The notes under the pieces: model-generated
What the model saw: only the letters and a program-made list of their open reading frames with translations
The model's database searches: none
What the model was told of the DNA's origin: nothing
Source: Andalucia godoyi And28
Taxonomy: Eukaryota > Protista > Jakobida
NCBI GenBank assembly: GCA_009859145.1
Contig: VRVR01000017.1
Coordinates: 143,170 to 207,169 of the forward strand
Direction: 5' to 3'
DNA: 64,000 nucleotides
Shown here: positions 22,901 to 30,580 of the stretch, one piece after another
Layout of the letters: each line of letters begins with the position of its first letter
How positions within the stretch are numbered: position 1 is the first letter of the stretch
Program-made: the position numbers and the translations under genes

Positions 22901-24961
22901 AAGACTGGAATGCAAATGTCCAACTCCAAGACCTGTCAAAATGTCCTTGCACCTCTGAATTAAGCCTTCCGGATCCAGCTTTGAATCGACAGAACCAGCA
23001 TTACTTTTGATGAAGCTGGTTCCAGATGCGATCATCAACCTGGCTTCGGCATTTTCTGGGTACAAAATCTGGCAGAATGCACATACAAGAGCGGTACCGG
23101 CAATTTGAGGAGCAAGAGGCTTTGAATACGGCAAATTGGGTGCATAAACGCTCTCCACCAAGTCCTGATAACGAATACCAAGAAATCTCGCAAGATCCCC
23201 TGTCAGCTCCCAGTTTGTGCTGTTCCCACGAGAAAGGCGCTTCAGTTCTCCAATACCCAATCCAAAAATCTCAGAAACTCTCTCAGAGTACCGAGCAACG
23301 TGCCTATCAATCTGCAGTGCCCAGGCAGCGGCACCCGAAACAGGAGTAAGACTGCGAGTTCGAGCCAGACGGGAGAAATCTGCAGCTTCGTATCCCTTTT
23401 TGAATGTTTCTTCCAAAAACCGAACCACCCCAACCGCATAGTCAACCCAAAGTTTCCGAAAATCCGAAACAACAGCTGCAAGCTGCGGCCGGCTCATCCA
23501 AGCAGGAGAAGATGAGAGTAGTCGATAGACTTCCTCTTCGTTCTCAAACGTTACGGAAGGAAACTTATCACGAATCAGATCCGCAACGCGCGCCTCCACA
23601 TTCTCCAAGCGACCAAGAAAATGTGCAGAGGCATCTTTCCAGTCCATTGGAGAAAGTAACAGCGGATCGCTGATCTTCTCTTGGACTTCCTTGTTGATCG
23701 AGACCACTTCCGAGTCAAATCGCAAAAGGTCAGAAAAAGCCTTTCTAAACTCGACAATCTCCGACATTCTCTCAACAACACTTGCAGGGTCATCCAAGAA
23801 CATCTGTGAAACAAGCAATCCCGAAAACTCTTTCTTTCTCGACTGTTCATTCACGGATTTCACGATTTCATCCACGTTCTCTCCGAAATCTTTCTGAATT
23901 TCTACAAATGAAGCACGCAAGGCCTCCAATTCCTCCAGAGAAATAGACATCAGATTCTTCGAACGGGCAATGCGCAAGAAGGCGTCTTTGACTTCCAAAG
24001 ATACACCACGCAGCATTGCACGAACATAGTCGTACACATCATTCAGCGCCACGCCAGGTCTTGCGGATTTCAAGGTTTTAAGAAACAAAAGCACAGAGTC
24101 TTTTAGCTCCTCCACCTTTGTCGCAGTTCGCAAGGACATCAGACAACTCTGCGGAAACTTGTTCAAACTCGCAGTGTACTTCTGAACTCTCTGGCGAGAT
24201 GTCACAGTAAGATCGTGCAAATTCACAGCCAGGGGCTTTTTCTTCGACGTTCTTAGAACTTGAAGAGTCATGTCCACTGCAGGATGCTTTAGCTGACGCT
24301 CAAGATCTTCCAAGGCACGCTCAAGCTCGGACCAAAAAGAAAAATACAGATCCAGAGCAACACTGTCGGACGATGGTTTTGCTTTCGACGCCAGCAATTG
24401 AACTTCCTGCACAAACTGAGAGTATGACTTTTCGAGCCTCGTAAGAAAAGACACGTCTTGCAATTTCTCAGAATCCAGCGGTGTTCCAGATTCGATCGCA
24501 TTGAGAACTTCTGGCAAGCACGATTTCAGCAGATTGGCTTCCGGAACAGAAGACATTGCAGAGCACTGATCAAGTGCGCGTTTCAATTGGTCCACCTGAA
24601 CGAGCACAGGTTTAGCCGAGGCCTTGTTCGACAATAGCGGTTCAAACGCAGTGGACAAATACGAATGAAGAATGGCAAGTGGTTCATCGTCAGCAGACAA
24701 ACAAAACAATTGGGAGTGCAGAGGCACATCCGGAGACACACGAAAAGACGATGGATTCCGTTTAATCACGACAAATCCAAGATCATGTGGAATCTGCACC
24801 CCAACAGAAAGAATACGAAACACTGGAGCATTTGGAGACACCAGAAGAGCCTTGGCATTCGGCTGCTGAACAAACTGGGAGTACTGCTCTTCTCGAAAGG
24901 CATCGGCGGGGAGATCCTGCCCAAGGAAGACCTGAGCTGCTTGTTTCAAATACTCTTCCAT
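10955..24961 (-). CDS. DYNC1H1: Cytoplasmic dynein 1 heavy chain (intronless, about 4668 aa)
   Basis: Four P-loops GPAGTGKT, GPAGSGKS, GPPGSGKT, GASGSGKT; LGGSPFGPAGTGKTETVKALG, FNCD, WGCFDEFNRL, stalk coiled coil; likely start MEEYLKQ at 24961. Confidence 0.97.
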   Translation of the reverse strand: MEEYLKQAAQVFLGQDLPADAFREEQYSQFVQQPNAKALLVSPNAPVFRILSVGVQIPHDLGFVVIKRNPSSFRVSPDVPLHSQLFCLSADDEPLAILHSYLSTAFEPLLSNKASAKPVLVQVDQLKRALDQCSAMSSVPEANLLKSCLPEVLNAIESGTPLDSEKLQDVSFLTRLEKSYSQFVQEVQLLASKAKPSSDSVALDLYFSFWSELERALEDLERQLKHPAVDMTLQVLRTSKKKPLAVNLHDLTVTSRQRVQKYTASLNKFPQSCLMSLRTATKVEELKDSVLLFLKTLKSARPGVALNDVYDYVRAMLRGVSLEVKDAFLRIARSKNLMSISLEELEALRASFVEIQKDFGENVDEIVKSVNEQSRKKEFSGLLVSQMFLDDPASVVERMSEIVEFRKAFSDLLRFDSEVVSINKEVQEKISDPLLLSPMDWKDASAHFLGRLENVEARVADLIRDKFPSVTFENEEEVYRLLSSSPAWMSRPQLAAVVSDFRKLWVDYAVGVVRFLEETFKKGYEAADFSRLARTRSLTPVSGAAAWALQIDRHVARYSERVSEIFGLGIGELKRLSRGNSTNWELTGDLARFLGIRYQDLVESVYAPNLPYSKPLAPQIAGTALVCAFCQILYPENAEARLMIASGTSFIKSNAGSVDSKLDPEGLIQRCKDILTGLGVGHLHSSLFRFRQVSDPFRSKIQTNLRNLMNDWTSKTESWIRTCSFVQWKRQGADDEPVMAGPVFSIVDVKTSQGAKKGTELVFQVNYPMALLDLINETNQFRLFKISDYVSSLVKSVVLAAVTSQKAAMLLIEAVDGVRRSLEKLHVHAKEMQCLLARDLADIYRLLEMGMKHEWSGPREVSVSKFCLPLNSAARSFERKVDDLLTRKKRIFALIEKCSSALPSEVSSTVSEIQDLVDYVVLHSELYSHASEWIVVINEHVSGVILRKLSAEVSHFVSCFSVQKNENDSELQSTDVTERASVNQLTVHLKLVSSVIVVEPPLETVRTHWYRKLDEVISVLCAIPMIRAKQFDAALGSGFQKESKTYRYLLSFVDSKLLRAAFASIEDTVSAVATYCNDWFRYQALWSMDAEVVVEKLGSDLRAWLSLFESVSSKRSIVDSEDSIAQFGATTVDCRAISKKVRDKYEDWMQRFLKNFRTRLHDEGAKLLADFARTRKDLEDVDFETSTKNAIECVTLLQRINASLVNWAQSVDLFRRGQKVLDRNKIPLPSEWVHVDQISGAWDRVQQMVSRKSEAMKNVIEDLKARIHDEDRLLRGYVRQFEEEWSSERPTKGGVHPQEALLSIQKYEDRASALSENWFKINMARNVLDASFTFVPDIDNPMLTVLSELREMKKVWTECFAVSNRIDAIRDLPFSGIVPRKLRAQIDEVLAEVSSLPAWMHSYPALQFQRETLESFKKCHGIIVDLRSDFVKDRHWALLFRKLNSSKPVSIVDITLGYVYDLKPLTFDMVFKEVIRSAQGEFALEVFLSKVAESWESCVVELVTYKSRCSLIKGWDDLSSKMSEHLNSLTAMKQSPFYFPFKDTAEKWEDRLSRIRVLVDVWSDVQRRWVYLEGIFGGVSAADIRMQLPAEANKFSSVDSEFVRLMKKVQQNPRFLEVFDSNKDLLKVLERIADSLSKIQKSLGDYLEKQRSSFPRFYFIGDEDLLEMLAQAADVARVSKHLRKMFAGVASLNCGDNSIVSVVSLEGEELGFVTPVVVLPKEPVHAWLTRLNVEIQASLLSAVYSATEQLFAIARAERSAFSTQYVRWFDSFPCQAALLASQVWWTSEVEKSLSTSNAAKSLVDLADCLGLCIQLLTHENVSNADSRRHKKAVSLITELVHERDVARHLISLKCETAGSFDWLCFFRYYLSSSSEKGRNDAERSVLVRCANAEFVYGLEYFGIEDRLVQTPLTDRAFLTLTQALHSRLGGSPFGPAGTGKTETVKALGQALGRFTLVFNCDDTFDVRSMGRIFVGLCQCGAWGCFDEFNRLEESILSAVSQQIQLIQVAIRAGPAAGRIELIGRHVQVRPETGIFVTMNPGYAGRRNLPDNLKQLFRSFAMIQPDKELIAQVMLYAQGFQSAEKLSQKIVPFFTLCFDQLSKQSHYDFGLRALKSVLVTAGNIKREVLKSRADLHSSSEEFELIVTAICDSLIPKLVPEDVPLLRSLLMDVFRGTKISSAVHSEFVAKISNLCQRRHLISSEMWLDKAVQVYQISKVHHGLMVVGPAGSGKSSLWQLALEAGASVEGLSARSYILDPKSLTKEELYGYLDPTTRDWSDGVFTKILRKIADAPVSDVTTCVHWIVFDGDVDPEWVENLNSVLDDNKLLTLPNGERISLPRNVRLVFEVQDLKQATLATVSRCGMIWFADGIVSPTMRLNHFALSCAARASTDPFGVFAVVSQRFRKLFVEYELFEKCWNHVNSGSFSGKHIMDVSLAYGVEAVSALMMGSVQRVLDWSRDSNMPLPLDPEFLVKFCDRQLLLAVVWGLGGTLPLSLREEFAKFVGSTAPTVVPDLHYSGPADLLQLGLEIETAEMVSWSSLVPNTEVEASRAGSPDVVIPTVDTVRHEEVLRSWMNLRVPVILCGPPGSGKTMTLTSVLQRMPDIQVVSLSFSSATGPNIIFRTIERYCDIERTANGLVCRPSQPGKWLVIFCDEINLPSPDKYGTQRIISLIRQVVEMRGFWHPQSGAFVALERVQFVGACNPPSDPGRHPLSMRFLRHAPVLFVDFPSSDSLNRIYGTLMRAALRMLPQLSQLALSSSQFMVKVYSDSQRRFTPDMQPHYIYSPRELSRWMRAVVEVVNSSTQNEISGDTFVRLLVHEGLRLFHDRLVSSSEREWTLDLFTSSARTLFGNPSFFINLDVSLQQPILFSNWLTRAYVSVDAEELRQYVRARLKSFADEEMDVHLVVFDEVLNHVLRIDRVLRQPLGHLLLAGASGSGKTVLSRFVAWMNGLSVFQIKAHRGYTLADFEADLRSVLKRSGVKGEKICFIFDESNILDTAFLEYMNALLASGEVPGLFEGDELAALLNSCRESARLAEERIDSDDDLFKWFLNRVQRNLHIVLTMNPSNPDFTNRTATSPALFNRCVVDWFGDWNELALSQVASEFVSRIDLSQCFASAAEEGLMDHFKRLSSDQYEQESAFSVAASQSLVGLHDTGSSVGAVFTRRQGVSFFVTPRHFLDLIRHFERIMLEKSAQILDQQLHVTRGLEKLGQAELEVASLKASLKEYEERLAEKSHAANQKLSQMMVEQREAEEKKKTSEEMSVVVERRADEVRNRREDAEKELATVEPLVADAKEAVREIKKKQLDELRALPNPPAAVQFCLQAVCTMLGKEKAAADWEGIRRIIRDSDFIASIVEFDTSQIDEKLRKRMEKFMSNDLFDFDAVNRSSKACGPLVKWTKAQLSYSFVLERVSPLRQEVLSLQTELDDLRLKQRALIEMISELEMRISGYKEEYANLIAEAEHIKLEKSTVQSKAERSSSLLSNLIEERRRWDSQTKSFSSDMSTLVGDSLISSAFLAYAGYFDEYYRHSLLIPRWMALLDRLHIPYRPSLSLVDMLSAPSKRLMWASVGLPADDVCVENAVMLERFNRYPLIIDPTGQGVQFLISSRTAIGGSNAVVRVSFLDQSFMAALEDAIRCGTTLLVEDVEHLDPVLNPVLNREVQKTGGRMLVRVGAREVDLSPSFALYLITKNPLHQFSPDVSSRVTFVNFSVTPASLVSQSLALILLSERPDIENRRTEVLRSQGEYRVRLRNLEEELLNALSDSTANLLEDDVVLRKLETVKKEAFDVQNRMQETDVVMRDLSRAAAVYQPFAAVCSRIYFSLLRLSEINNLYQFSLDTFWVILKTVLSSPHAEGDRGSELRISSFIISLFSSAFSRIRRSLLYVDALALASRFSIMYAVDVCGVDISARESELLFHLSVSLEKSGSGKTAMPAALQSKLSASSSTALQSLLSLASFKLLQDQLKSQDATTMTAVFDILSAEKPEVLASQLLGSQANGQDAASKVLCAFHSLLLTKALRPDRLVFAMESFVLSVFGAEFLRDSSEANLRRIVESVVPSSPLLMISTPGYDPTDAVEKLASETLGVQFLSVALGDADSIVEAESLLNSATRSGSWLLLKNVHLALNWIETLDKRLATLSQMSRPSFRLFLSSESNSALPSTLLRRSFILMNEAAPGIQASVSHVLRTVAASSNVVQPPLERIRMHVLLSWLHAVVQERLRFIPLGWSKKYEFNDADLRFAFDVVDLWIDRVSKGRQNVRPDELPWNAIRSLLTSSIYGGKIENKRDLMILRALVESFMTADAYKDGFVLVKNEVLLSSRIVNLEDFSTWVASLPSTEGPNWIGLPISAQHMVHLRQGEHLMKKILILQASMEDESAYEKDLSGSKSADSVASGTAIIISSCNHWLDVLPATISLPEMRRDIGEAVGRFLVREIGLLNAVLLRVRQDLSDLLSVLKGQSRFTNSTRMTLRLLSADTVPADWRMFETAPNPLASAWIPELSVRHAQLRSIVDACSRDGTSSTVRVCLGKLLSPQAFITAVHQLAAEILEKPLETLCPKLVFENMDDPVSNKLPVQFIVTDLQLEGCVWLDGAVSLAESGVGTASLPCMKLTFSEAPDTSSSTGLKRDVVTMPLYTNTSRTNMLMDVVLPQGFQESTSVVCLRGCAIISWKYH

Positions 24962-25360
24962 GGGTATGCGCACGCAACGTGTGTGGGTGTGGTAGAGTGC
25001 TGACTTGCTTGCTTGCTTGGGGTTTTTAAAATTTATTTCTCTTCAAGTTGCAACAAAAAGAAGGATTTCCTTTCAAAGAAAGCGGACTCGTTGCGTGAGG
25101 GGCGCGCATCTGGAGCCTCCCGAATTCGAAATGGAAACGAAACCTGTAAAGCATCAAGTGATACAAACGAAACCTTATCCAACAATGACAAAAGCCTCAA
25201 GTATCACACAATGCATAATTCTCGCAAACAAAGAAAGAAAAAAAAAACCCTGCAGAAAAACAGTATCACACCGCTGCCACCTATTGCGATGTGATGAAGC
25301 AGTCTAAAGCGCAAGACAACAAAAAACACTGCCACGCGCCATGCGCATGCGTTTGCTATC

Positions 25361-25905
25361 TTGACAACTCCGTCACACGATGCCCGATTCGTTTCGCCCC
25401 ATTTTGATCATGAAATCCCTATAAACACGGCGCCGCGTTTGCATTCTCGCACAGCGACGCTCATTTCTTATTTTTGTTGTCCATGCAACGCACCATGTAC
25501 GTCACGCCCGCAGCGCTGCGCACGAGTTGTGACAATCTCCACCGCCGCCAGAACGATCCGCAGCATCCACGCCGGCTCCCATCGCATGCACTGCCTCGCA
25601 GACGTCGAACACGCCATCACCACCTGCTTCGTTGCCCGCGACGTGCATGACGATGCGCTCCGCAGGGCAGCTGCCGACAAACTGTCTTCGACGATCGCCA
25701 AGGTGTTTTGTTGCCCATCGTGCAAATGCACGATCGACCGCGATTGGAACGGCGCGCGCAACATCCACATCTATCTTCGGAACGTCGCTCATGCCGAGGG
25801 GCGTGTTGGAGCCTACCCCCCTTCCCAATCATGCTATGCATGTTGTTAGCTTGCAACATTGATTATGGGTGATCAGCGATGATCATCCGTGGTGTGGTAA
25901 CACCG
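25361..25905 (+). mobile_element. Divergent Fanzor2/TnpB relic, copy 3 (zinc-finger half, terminal RuvC motif and 3' hairpins)
   Basis: KVFCCPSCKCTIDRDWNGARNIHIYLRN from 25700, then RVGAYP as in copies 1 and 2; hairpins 25805-25829, 25867-25888 (GCGA loop), 25891-25904. Left boundary uncertain. Confidence 0.8.
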
Positions 25906-26228
25906 ATAAAAGAAATAAAACTTACCTGATTTATTATACGAAAAAGAAAACACAAAGAAAAACAAAACACAACACGAAAGACTGTTGGAAGATCCAAACG
26001 GTGCGTGACGACGGTTGTTGCACCGTACATCACAGTGGTTAGTGTGTGCAATGCAGGCGCACACGCATGAGAAAATGACGCTCTCCATCGAAACAGCGTG
26101 AAAATCGGTAGTCTGGAGCATTTCCGATGTCCTCATGAGGGATGCGAGTATTCGCACCCATGCGACCAACTCGGTTCGCGAGCAATATTCATTTTGCATG
26201 CTGTATCGATTGGGGAGTTTGCTGGTTT

Positions 26229-26331
26229 GCGATGACCCTTTTGATGCAGAGTTGGCGCTCGCCCCAAAATGGATCTGTCTTCGGTGACAGTTTAGCCGGT
26301 GATCAATAAGGATTCATGTTTTGGCGAGCGG
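26229..26331 (+). repeat. Structured dispersed repeat, copy A (other copy 50241-50392, opposite strand)
   Basis: Shared blocks GCGATGACCCTTTnGATGCAGAG, GCTCGCCCCAAA, GGATCTGTCnTCGGTG, TTAGCCG, TCATGTTTTGGCGAGCGG; internal inverted repeat. Confidence 0.8.
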
Positions 26332-27315
26332 ATTCAATTACCACGTACGGTGTACAAGTTACAGCAATTCCTGCGGTGCCTGGATGCTAGCGGTGATCCT
26401 GACAAGAGTCTCGAGACGATCCAAGGTGTCTGACAGACGTCTGATCACAGTCGACAATGGAGAGGTAAGTATCCGTACGCTGGTTTGCAGAGTAACGTCT
26501 CCGCGTCAGATGCCGAGTCAGCAGCCCGGCGGGTCTTCTTTGCGAAACAAAAATTACTGTTTGATGAATCGGGCAGTCTTATGAAATCTATTGTTCAAAT
26601 CAATGGTGCGCTGTCTGTTACCGCGGAATGCGTGTAGTCTCTGAAAGCCTGCTGTCATGAAGGAATCCAGACGAACACATCCCCGCCAGCTGTGCTGCTT
26701 TCTGCGTTTCAACGTTTCCTCGGATTTTCGAGACTTGCAACGCATGCAAAGCAAAAAAAATATAAAATATAAAATAAAAATAACAAACAAACCATCATGT
26801 ACTGTACCAATTCCAGCTGCAGTTCTTGATGAGCAACGGCAATTTCGGAACTAAGGATGGCGAACCATCAAAAAGACCACTCGTCAGATGCTGGCTTGAG
26901 GGTCACTTCCAATTCCGACAAAGGCTGCTGCACAAGATGACGGAGTACGCGGACCGCGAGATCCACGCTGTTACTGAGGAGTGCATCTCCAAGACATGTT
27001 GAGCTGTCTGGCGTTCTTCATGCGTGGCTAAACGGACGCAAAAGTGTTCCGATGTCCGCGTCATGTCGGACACGTCTGGATCGACGTCGGAACGGTGCGC
27101 GCAGCTTCTATCTGAAGAACGCTTCGGCATAGTGGGTTCTACACCCATCTGAATTGAATTGAATTCACACTCGATTCCGATGCAAGACTGAACATGGATT
27201 GGCCAGTAATGATTCGCCATGCTTGGCGAACAAGGCCGGCGAAAGACATAAACCAATCAACAAGAATCTGCAATCGCAGGGAAAACCTGCAACTATTCTG
27301 CCAAACTCTCAATCC

Positions 27316-27702
27316 TTACAATATTGTGGAAGCACCACACTCAGCACAGACAATTCGAATTGCTGGCACCATCTCCGTATCTTCCGCAGAAGACGTCTGA
27401 TCAATACTGTTCTTACCATCCGTCACGACCTCCGCTGGTGAAGGCTTGTCGACCACGGAGTCGTCCACAATCAACAAAGCTGTAGCACCGGGAATTAGAA
27501 ACATGTCGCACTTTTTGCAGAAGGAGCGCTTGATCGTGCGGCTGAGACGGGTCTGCGATTTTGACGCAACTTTCTTAAGCAGCGATGCATACGATCGACA
27601 CAGATCAGTGGATCCCTTGGTGCAGTGCAGCGTATGGATTGCTTGATATAAATAATTAATGCGATGGGCGTGGTCCGAAGCCTGACCAGATCCTCTACCC
27701 AT
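27316..27702 (-). CDS. RPP21: RNase P/MRP subunit RPP21/Rpr2-like
   Basis: HRINYLYQA, LKKVASKSQTRLSRTIKRSFCKKC, IVCAECG zinc ligands; the C-terminus may be spliced (GTAAGG at the stop). Confidence 0.85.
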   Translation of the reverse strand: MGRGSGQASDHAHRINYLYQAIHTLHCTKGSTDLCRSYASLLKKVASKSQTRLSRTIKRSFCKKCDMFLIPGATALLIVDDSVVDKPSPAEVVTDGKNSIDQTSSAEDTEMVPAIRIVCAECGASTIL

Positions 27703-28110
27703 TTCGAGGTGCACTCAGCAGACCAAGCAACGATTTTTTTGCAGGGGGGAGGGAAGAAAACGAAATCAGGCATGCATTATTAGGCTGGCGAGGAAAGGGA
27801 CCGGGAAAAAATCAAGTGACGCTGCAATGACACTCGAATTTCCCAGGGACAGCAAATGAAGCGCTGTCATGTCAGAGGGGGAGAGAGAAAAAGAGAGAGA
27901 GAGAGAGAGAGACTTGTAGTCGGACAGGGAAATGTCCGTCTCCGTCTCGATTCGCAAACAACAATTCCTGAATCCTCTCTGTCTCCCATATGCCTTCCGA
28001 TTTTCCGCACCACTTTTGGCTTTCTTGATGACTATTTCTTCTTCTTCTGTTTTTCCTTCCTTCCTCCCTCCCCTTTTTCTGGTTGGATTATAGAGTGAAG
28101 CAGCATCGAC

Positions 28111-29364
28111 ATGATTTCGTCCCTTTTTATCCTGAATCGCGCTGGTGACGTGATTTTGGAAAAGCACTGGGCATCCGTGCAGTCAAGGACGGCTGTGGAT
28201 GCCTTTTGGCTTGAGATGCAGAACCTCGGCGGTCTCAATGCTGCACCTCCTGTGATTGAGGCTGCGAAAACGGTCTTCATGTTCATCACTAGGGATTCTC
28301 TTGTGTTCCTAGGGGCTGTGGCGAGGGAAACGTCTCCACTCATGTCGTTGGAAATGATGCATCGTTTTGCAGACATTTTGAAGCAGGTTTATTTCCCTTC
28401 TGCACCGGGCCTGACGGAAGATTTGTTGCGCGATAATTTCGTGACGGTTTTCTCTCTTCTGGATGAGTTTGCCGACAACGGATTCCCGCTTACCACAGAA
28501 CCCGCGACTTTGAAAGAGGTCGTTCCGCCGCACACGGGTATTTTATCATCGCTCCGTTCGAGTTCAATTGTTACCGCCACCGTTCCCGATTCTTCCCTCG
28601 GCGTCGTATCTTGGCGCAAGTCAGGCATCCGCTATTCCACAAATGAAATTTTCTTCGACGTGATCGAGGAGATTGATGCAATTGTCGATATCAACGGCAT
28701 CATGTTGTCCCACGAGGTTCAAGGTCGCATTGAGTGCAAATGCCATTTGTCTGGCATGCCGGACGTGCTGGTTACCTTCCTGGATCCGACTATCCTGGAC
28801 GACTGCTCGTTCCATCCTTGCGTTCGCTATGCTCGCTACGAGTCTGATCGCTCTTTGTCCTTCATCCCTCCCGATGGGTCGTTTACTCTGATGACGTACA
28901 GAATCAACAGACCGGCAAACGTGCCGTTGTATGTCAAGCCTCAGATTTCCTTCAACTCGGCTGGTGGCCGTGTTACCATCATGTCTGGTATGCGCCAATC
29001 CTCGAATGCAAATATCATCTCGGTCGAAGATATCGTTGTCACGGTTCCCATGCCCCAAAGCGTGGCTTCTGTGACTGCTCAAGTACAGGGAGGCTCTTTC
29101 AAGTTTGATCAGAGCTCACGAGTCTTAAAGTGGGACATTGGAAAGATGAGCGGAGCAAAGACATGCTCTTTGGAAGCCACAGCAAAGCTTTCTTCTTCCC
29201 AAGTTCCCGACGGGTCTGTAACGGTTCAAGTTGCATGGAAGATCCCGCAGATTTGCATTTCCGGTCTCAAAGTAGATTCAGTTAATATTTCTGGTGAGCG
29301 GTACAAGGCGTTCAAGGGGGTTCGTGCGTACACCAAGTCCGGAAATTTCACAATCAGAACCTAA
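28111..29364 (+). CDS. AP3M: AP-3 complex subunit mu
   Basis: MISSLFILNRAGDVILEKHW, LLDEFADNGFPLTTE, VSWRKSGIRYSTNEIFFDVIEEIDAI, LSGMPD, FHPCVRY, SFIPPDG, YKAFKGVRAYTKSG. Confidence 0.93.
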   Translation: MISSLFILNRAGDVILEKHWASVQSRTAVDAFWLEMQNLGGLNAAPPVIEAAKTVFMFITRDSLVFLGAVARETSPLMSLEMMHRFADILKQVYFPSAPGLTEDLLRDNFVTVFSLLDEFADNGFPLTTEPATLKEVVPPHTGILSSLRSSSIVTATVPDSSLGVVSWRKSGIRYSTNEIFFDVIEEIDAIVDINGIMLSHEVQGRIECKCHLSGMPDVLVTFLDPTILDDCSFHPCVRYARYESDRSLSFIPPDGSFTLMTYRINRPANVPLYVKPQISFNSAGGRVTIMSGMRQSSNANIISVEDIVVTVPMPQSVASVTAQVQGGSFKFDQSSRVLKWDIGKMSGAKTCSLEATAKLSSSQVPDGSVTVQVAWKIPQICISGLKVDSVNISGERYKAFKGVRAYTKSGNFTIRT

Positions 29365-29760
29365 GCCAGTATGTTATGCGAATTCTTTTCTAGAGAGTGG
29401 GATTCACATAATGTCGAAGGTATTTGCAAAATAAAATGTTCATTGTCTATCCTGTCCGTTTTTTCAGCAGCTTTCCTTTCGACTGCTTCTTTTTATTTGG
29501 GGGCGGTAAGGGAGGGAGGTATGCAGCGGTACTGGTATGTGTTGAGGTTTTCTAGTGCTTCTGCCGGAGCCAGATGCGGCCCACAAGGTTTTCGGCTGCA
29601 AGCATCTGTCGAAATCTATGTTTAAAAAAAACAGTGCTACCGGAAGCATGGTTCCGTTGTCTTGACGTTGCCCATCGAATGCTGAAGGCGCCGGGCAAGA
29701 ACGAAAGAGAGCGCAGTTCAGCTGCTGTAGTCGCCAGCGGTAACGACGAGATTTTTCCCG

Positions 29761-29821
29761 GCTAGGGTTAGGTCCGAGAGTGACATGTCAGCGCTTGGAC
29801 CAGTGTCATCGTAACCCTAGC
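29761..29821. promoter_or_regulatory. Inverted pair of telomere-like motifs (GCTAGGGTTA ... TAACCCTAGC) upstream of RPL28
   Basis: Perfect 10-bp inverted repeat enclosing a GGTCC/GGACC inner stem, 130 bp upstream of the RPL28 ATG; function inferred only. Confidence 0.4.
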
Positions 29822-29951
29822 TGACAGCAATTCCCCAATTTTTTGTTGTTGCTGTTCTCATTAAAAAGCCTGGTCGCGCATTTCGATTGTTTTGTCGTGA
29901 TTTCCGGTGGGGCGTTTGTTTGTGTTTTTTGCGCAGCATATTATATCGAGG

Positions 29952-30338
29952 ATGTCGTACTCTCCGGATTTGGTTTGGTCTCTGGTCAAGAACAACTCTA
30001 GCTTCTTGATCAAGCGTAAGGGTGTTCAACTGTCTTCTGACCCATTGAACCTTACCAACAAGAACACCTTCAAGGACAATGGCTTCTTGAACCGCAAGGC
30101 AATCGGAATCCAGGCCTCCAAGGATGGAATCACTGTTTCTTCAAAGTCAACTGCCTCTGGCCGTGCCTCCAAGCCCGCCGCATTGGTGAACAAGTACACC
30201 ACCAAGGCCTCTACCAAGCGCGCTGCCGCCAAGTTCATTGCAAACTTCAAGGCGTACCGTCCGGACCTGCTCCAGGCTGGTTTCCGCCGCTTCTCTGCCC
30301 TGAACAAGGCTGCCCGTGCCTCCGCCAAGAAGCAGTAA
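29952..30338 (+). CDS. RPL28: 60S ribosomal protein L28
   Basis: MSYSPDLVWSLVKNNSSFLIKRK...SDPLNLTNKNTFKDNG...YRPDLLQAGFRRFSAL; strongly biased codon usage. Confidence 0.95.
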   Translation: MSYSPDLVWSLVKNNSSFLIKRKGVQLSSDPLNLTNKNTFKDNGFLNRKAIGIQASKDGITVSSKSTASGRASKPAALVNKYTTKASTKRAAAKFIANFKAYRPDLLQAGFRRFSALNKAARASAKKQ

Positions 30339-30580
30339 GAGATTAGATATGTAATGTTCTGCTTGCGCCAGAATTAAACCCGACCAAAAAAATAATAATA
30401 ATCATGTCTTCTTTTTCGATTCGCAGTTTCTTCCTCTTCAATTTTCTCTTTATTATGCTGTTGTTCTTTTCCTTTCTCTGCTGTCTCGTGCGTTTGAGAT
30501 TAACAGTCAACTGGAGATTTTGGAATCCCACGCTGTCAGACAGCAGCTATTTACATAGAAAATTTGATTTTGGGGGTGAT

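Noticed and set aside
11000-24900. Numerous plus-strand ORFs within dynein
   Set aside because: Antisense shadows of a long CDS; the same applies to 8917..9465, 35192..35953, 48809..49525 and 54568..55266.
25873-26199. SRTELVAWV resembling the EB1/Bim1 CH-domain start
   Set aside because: No further EB1 similarity and no splice path recovers it.
26903-27256. 117-aa minus ORF as a gene or RPP21 exon 2
   Set aside because: Non-ATG start, no motif, and no convincing in-phase GTATGY intron.
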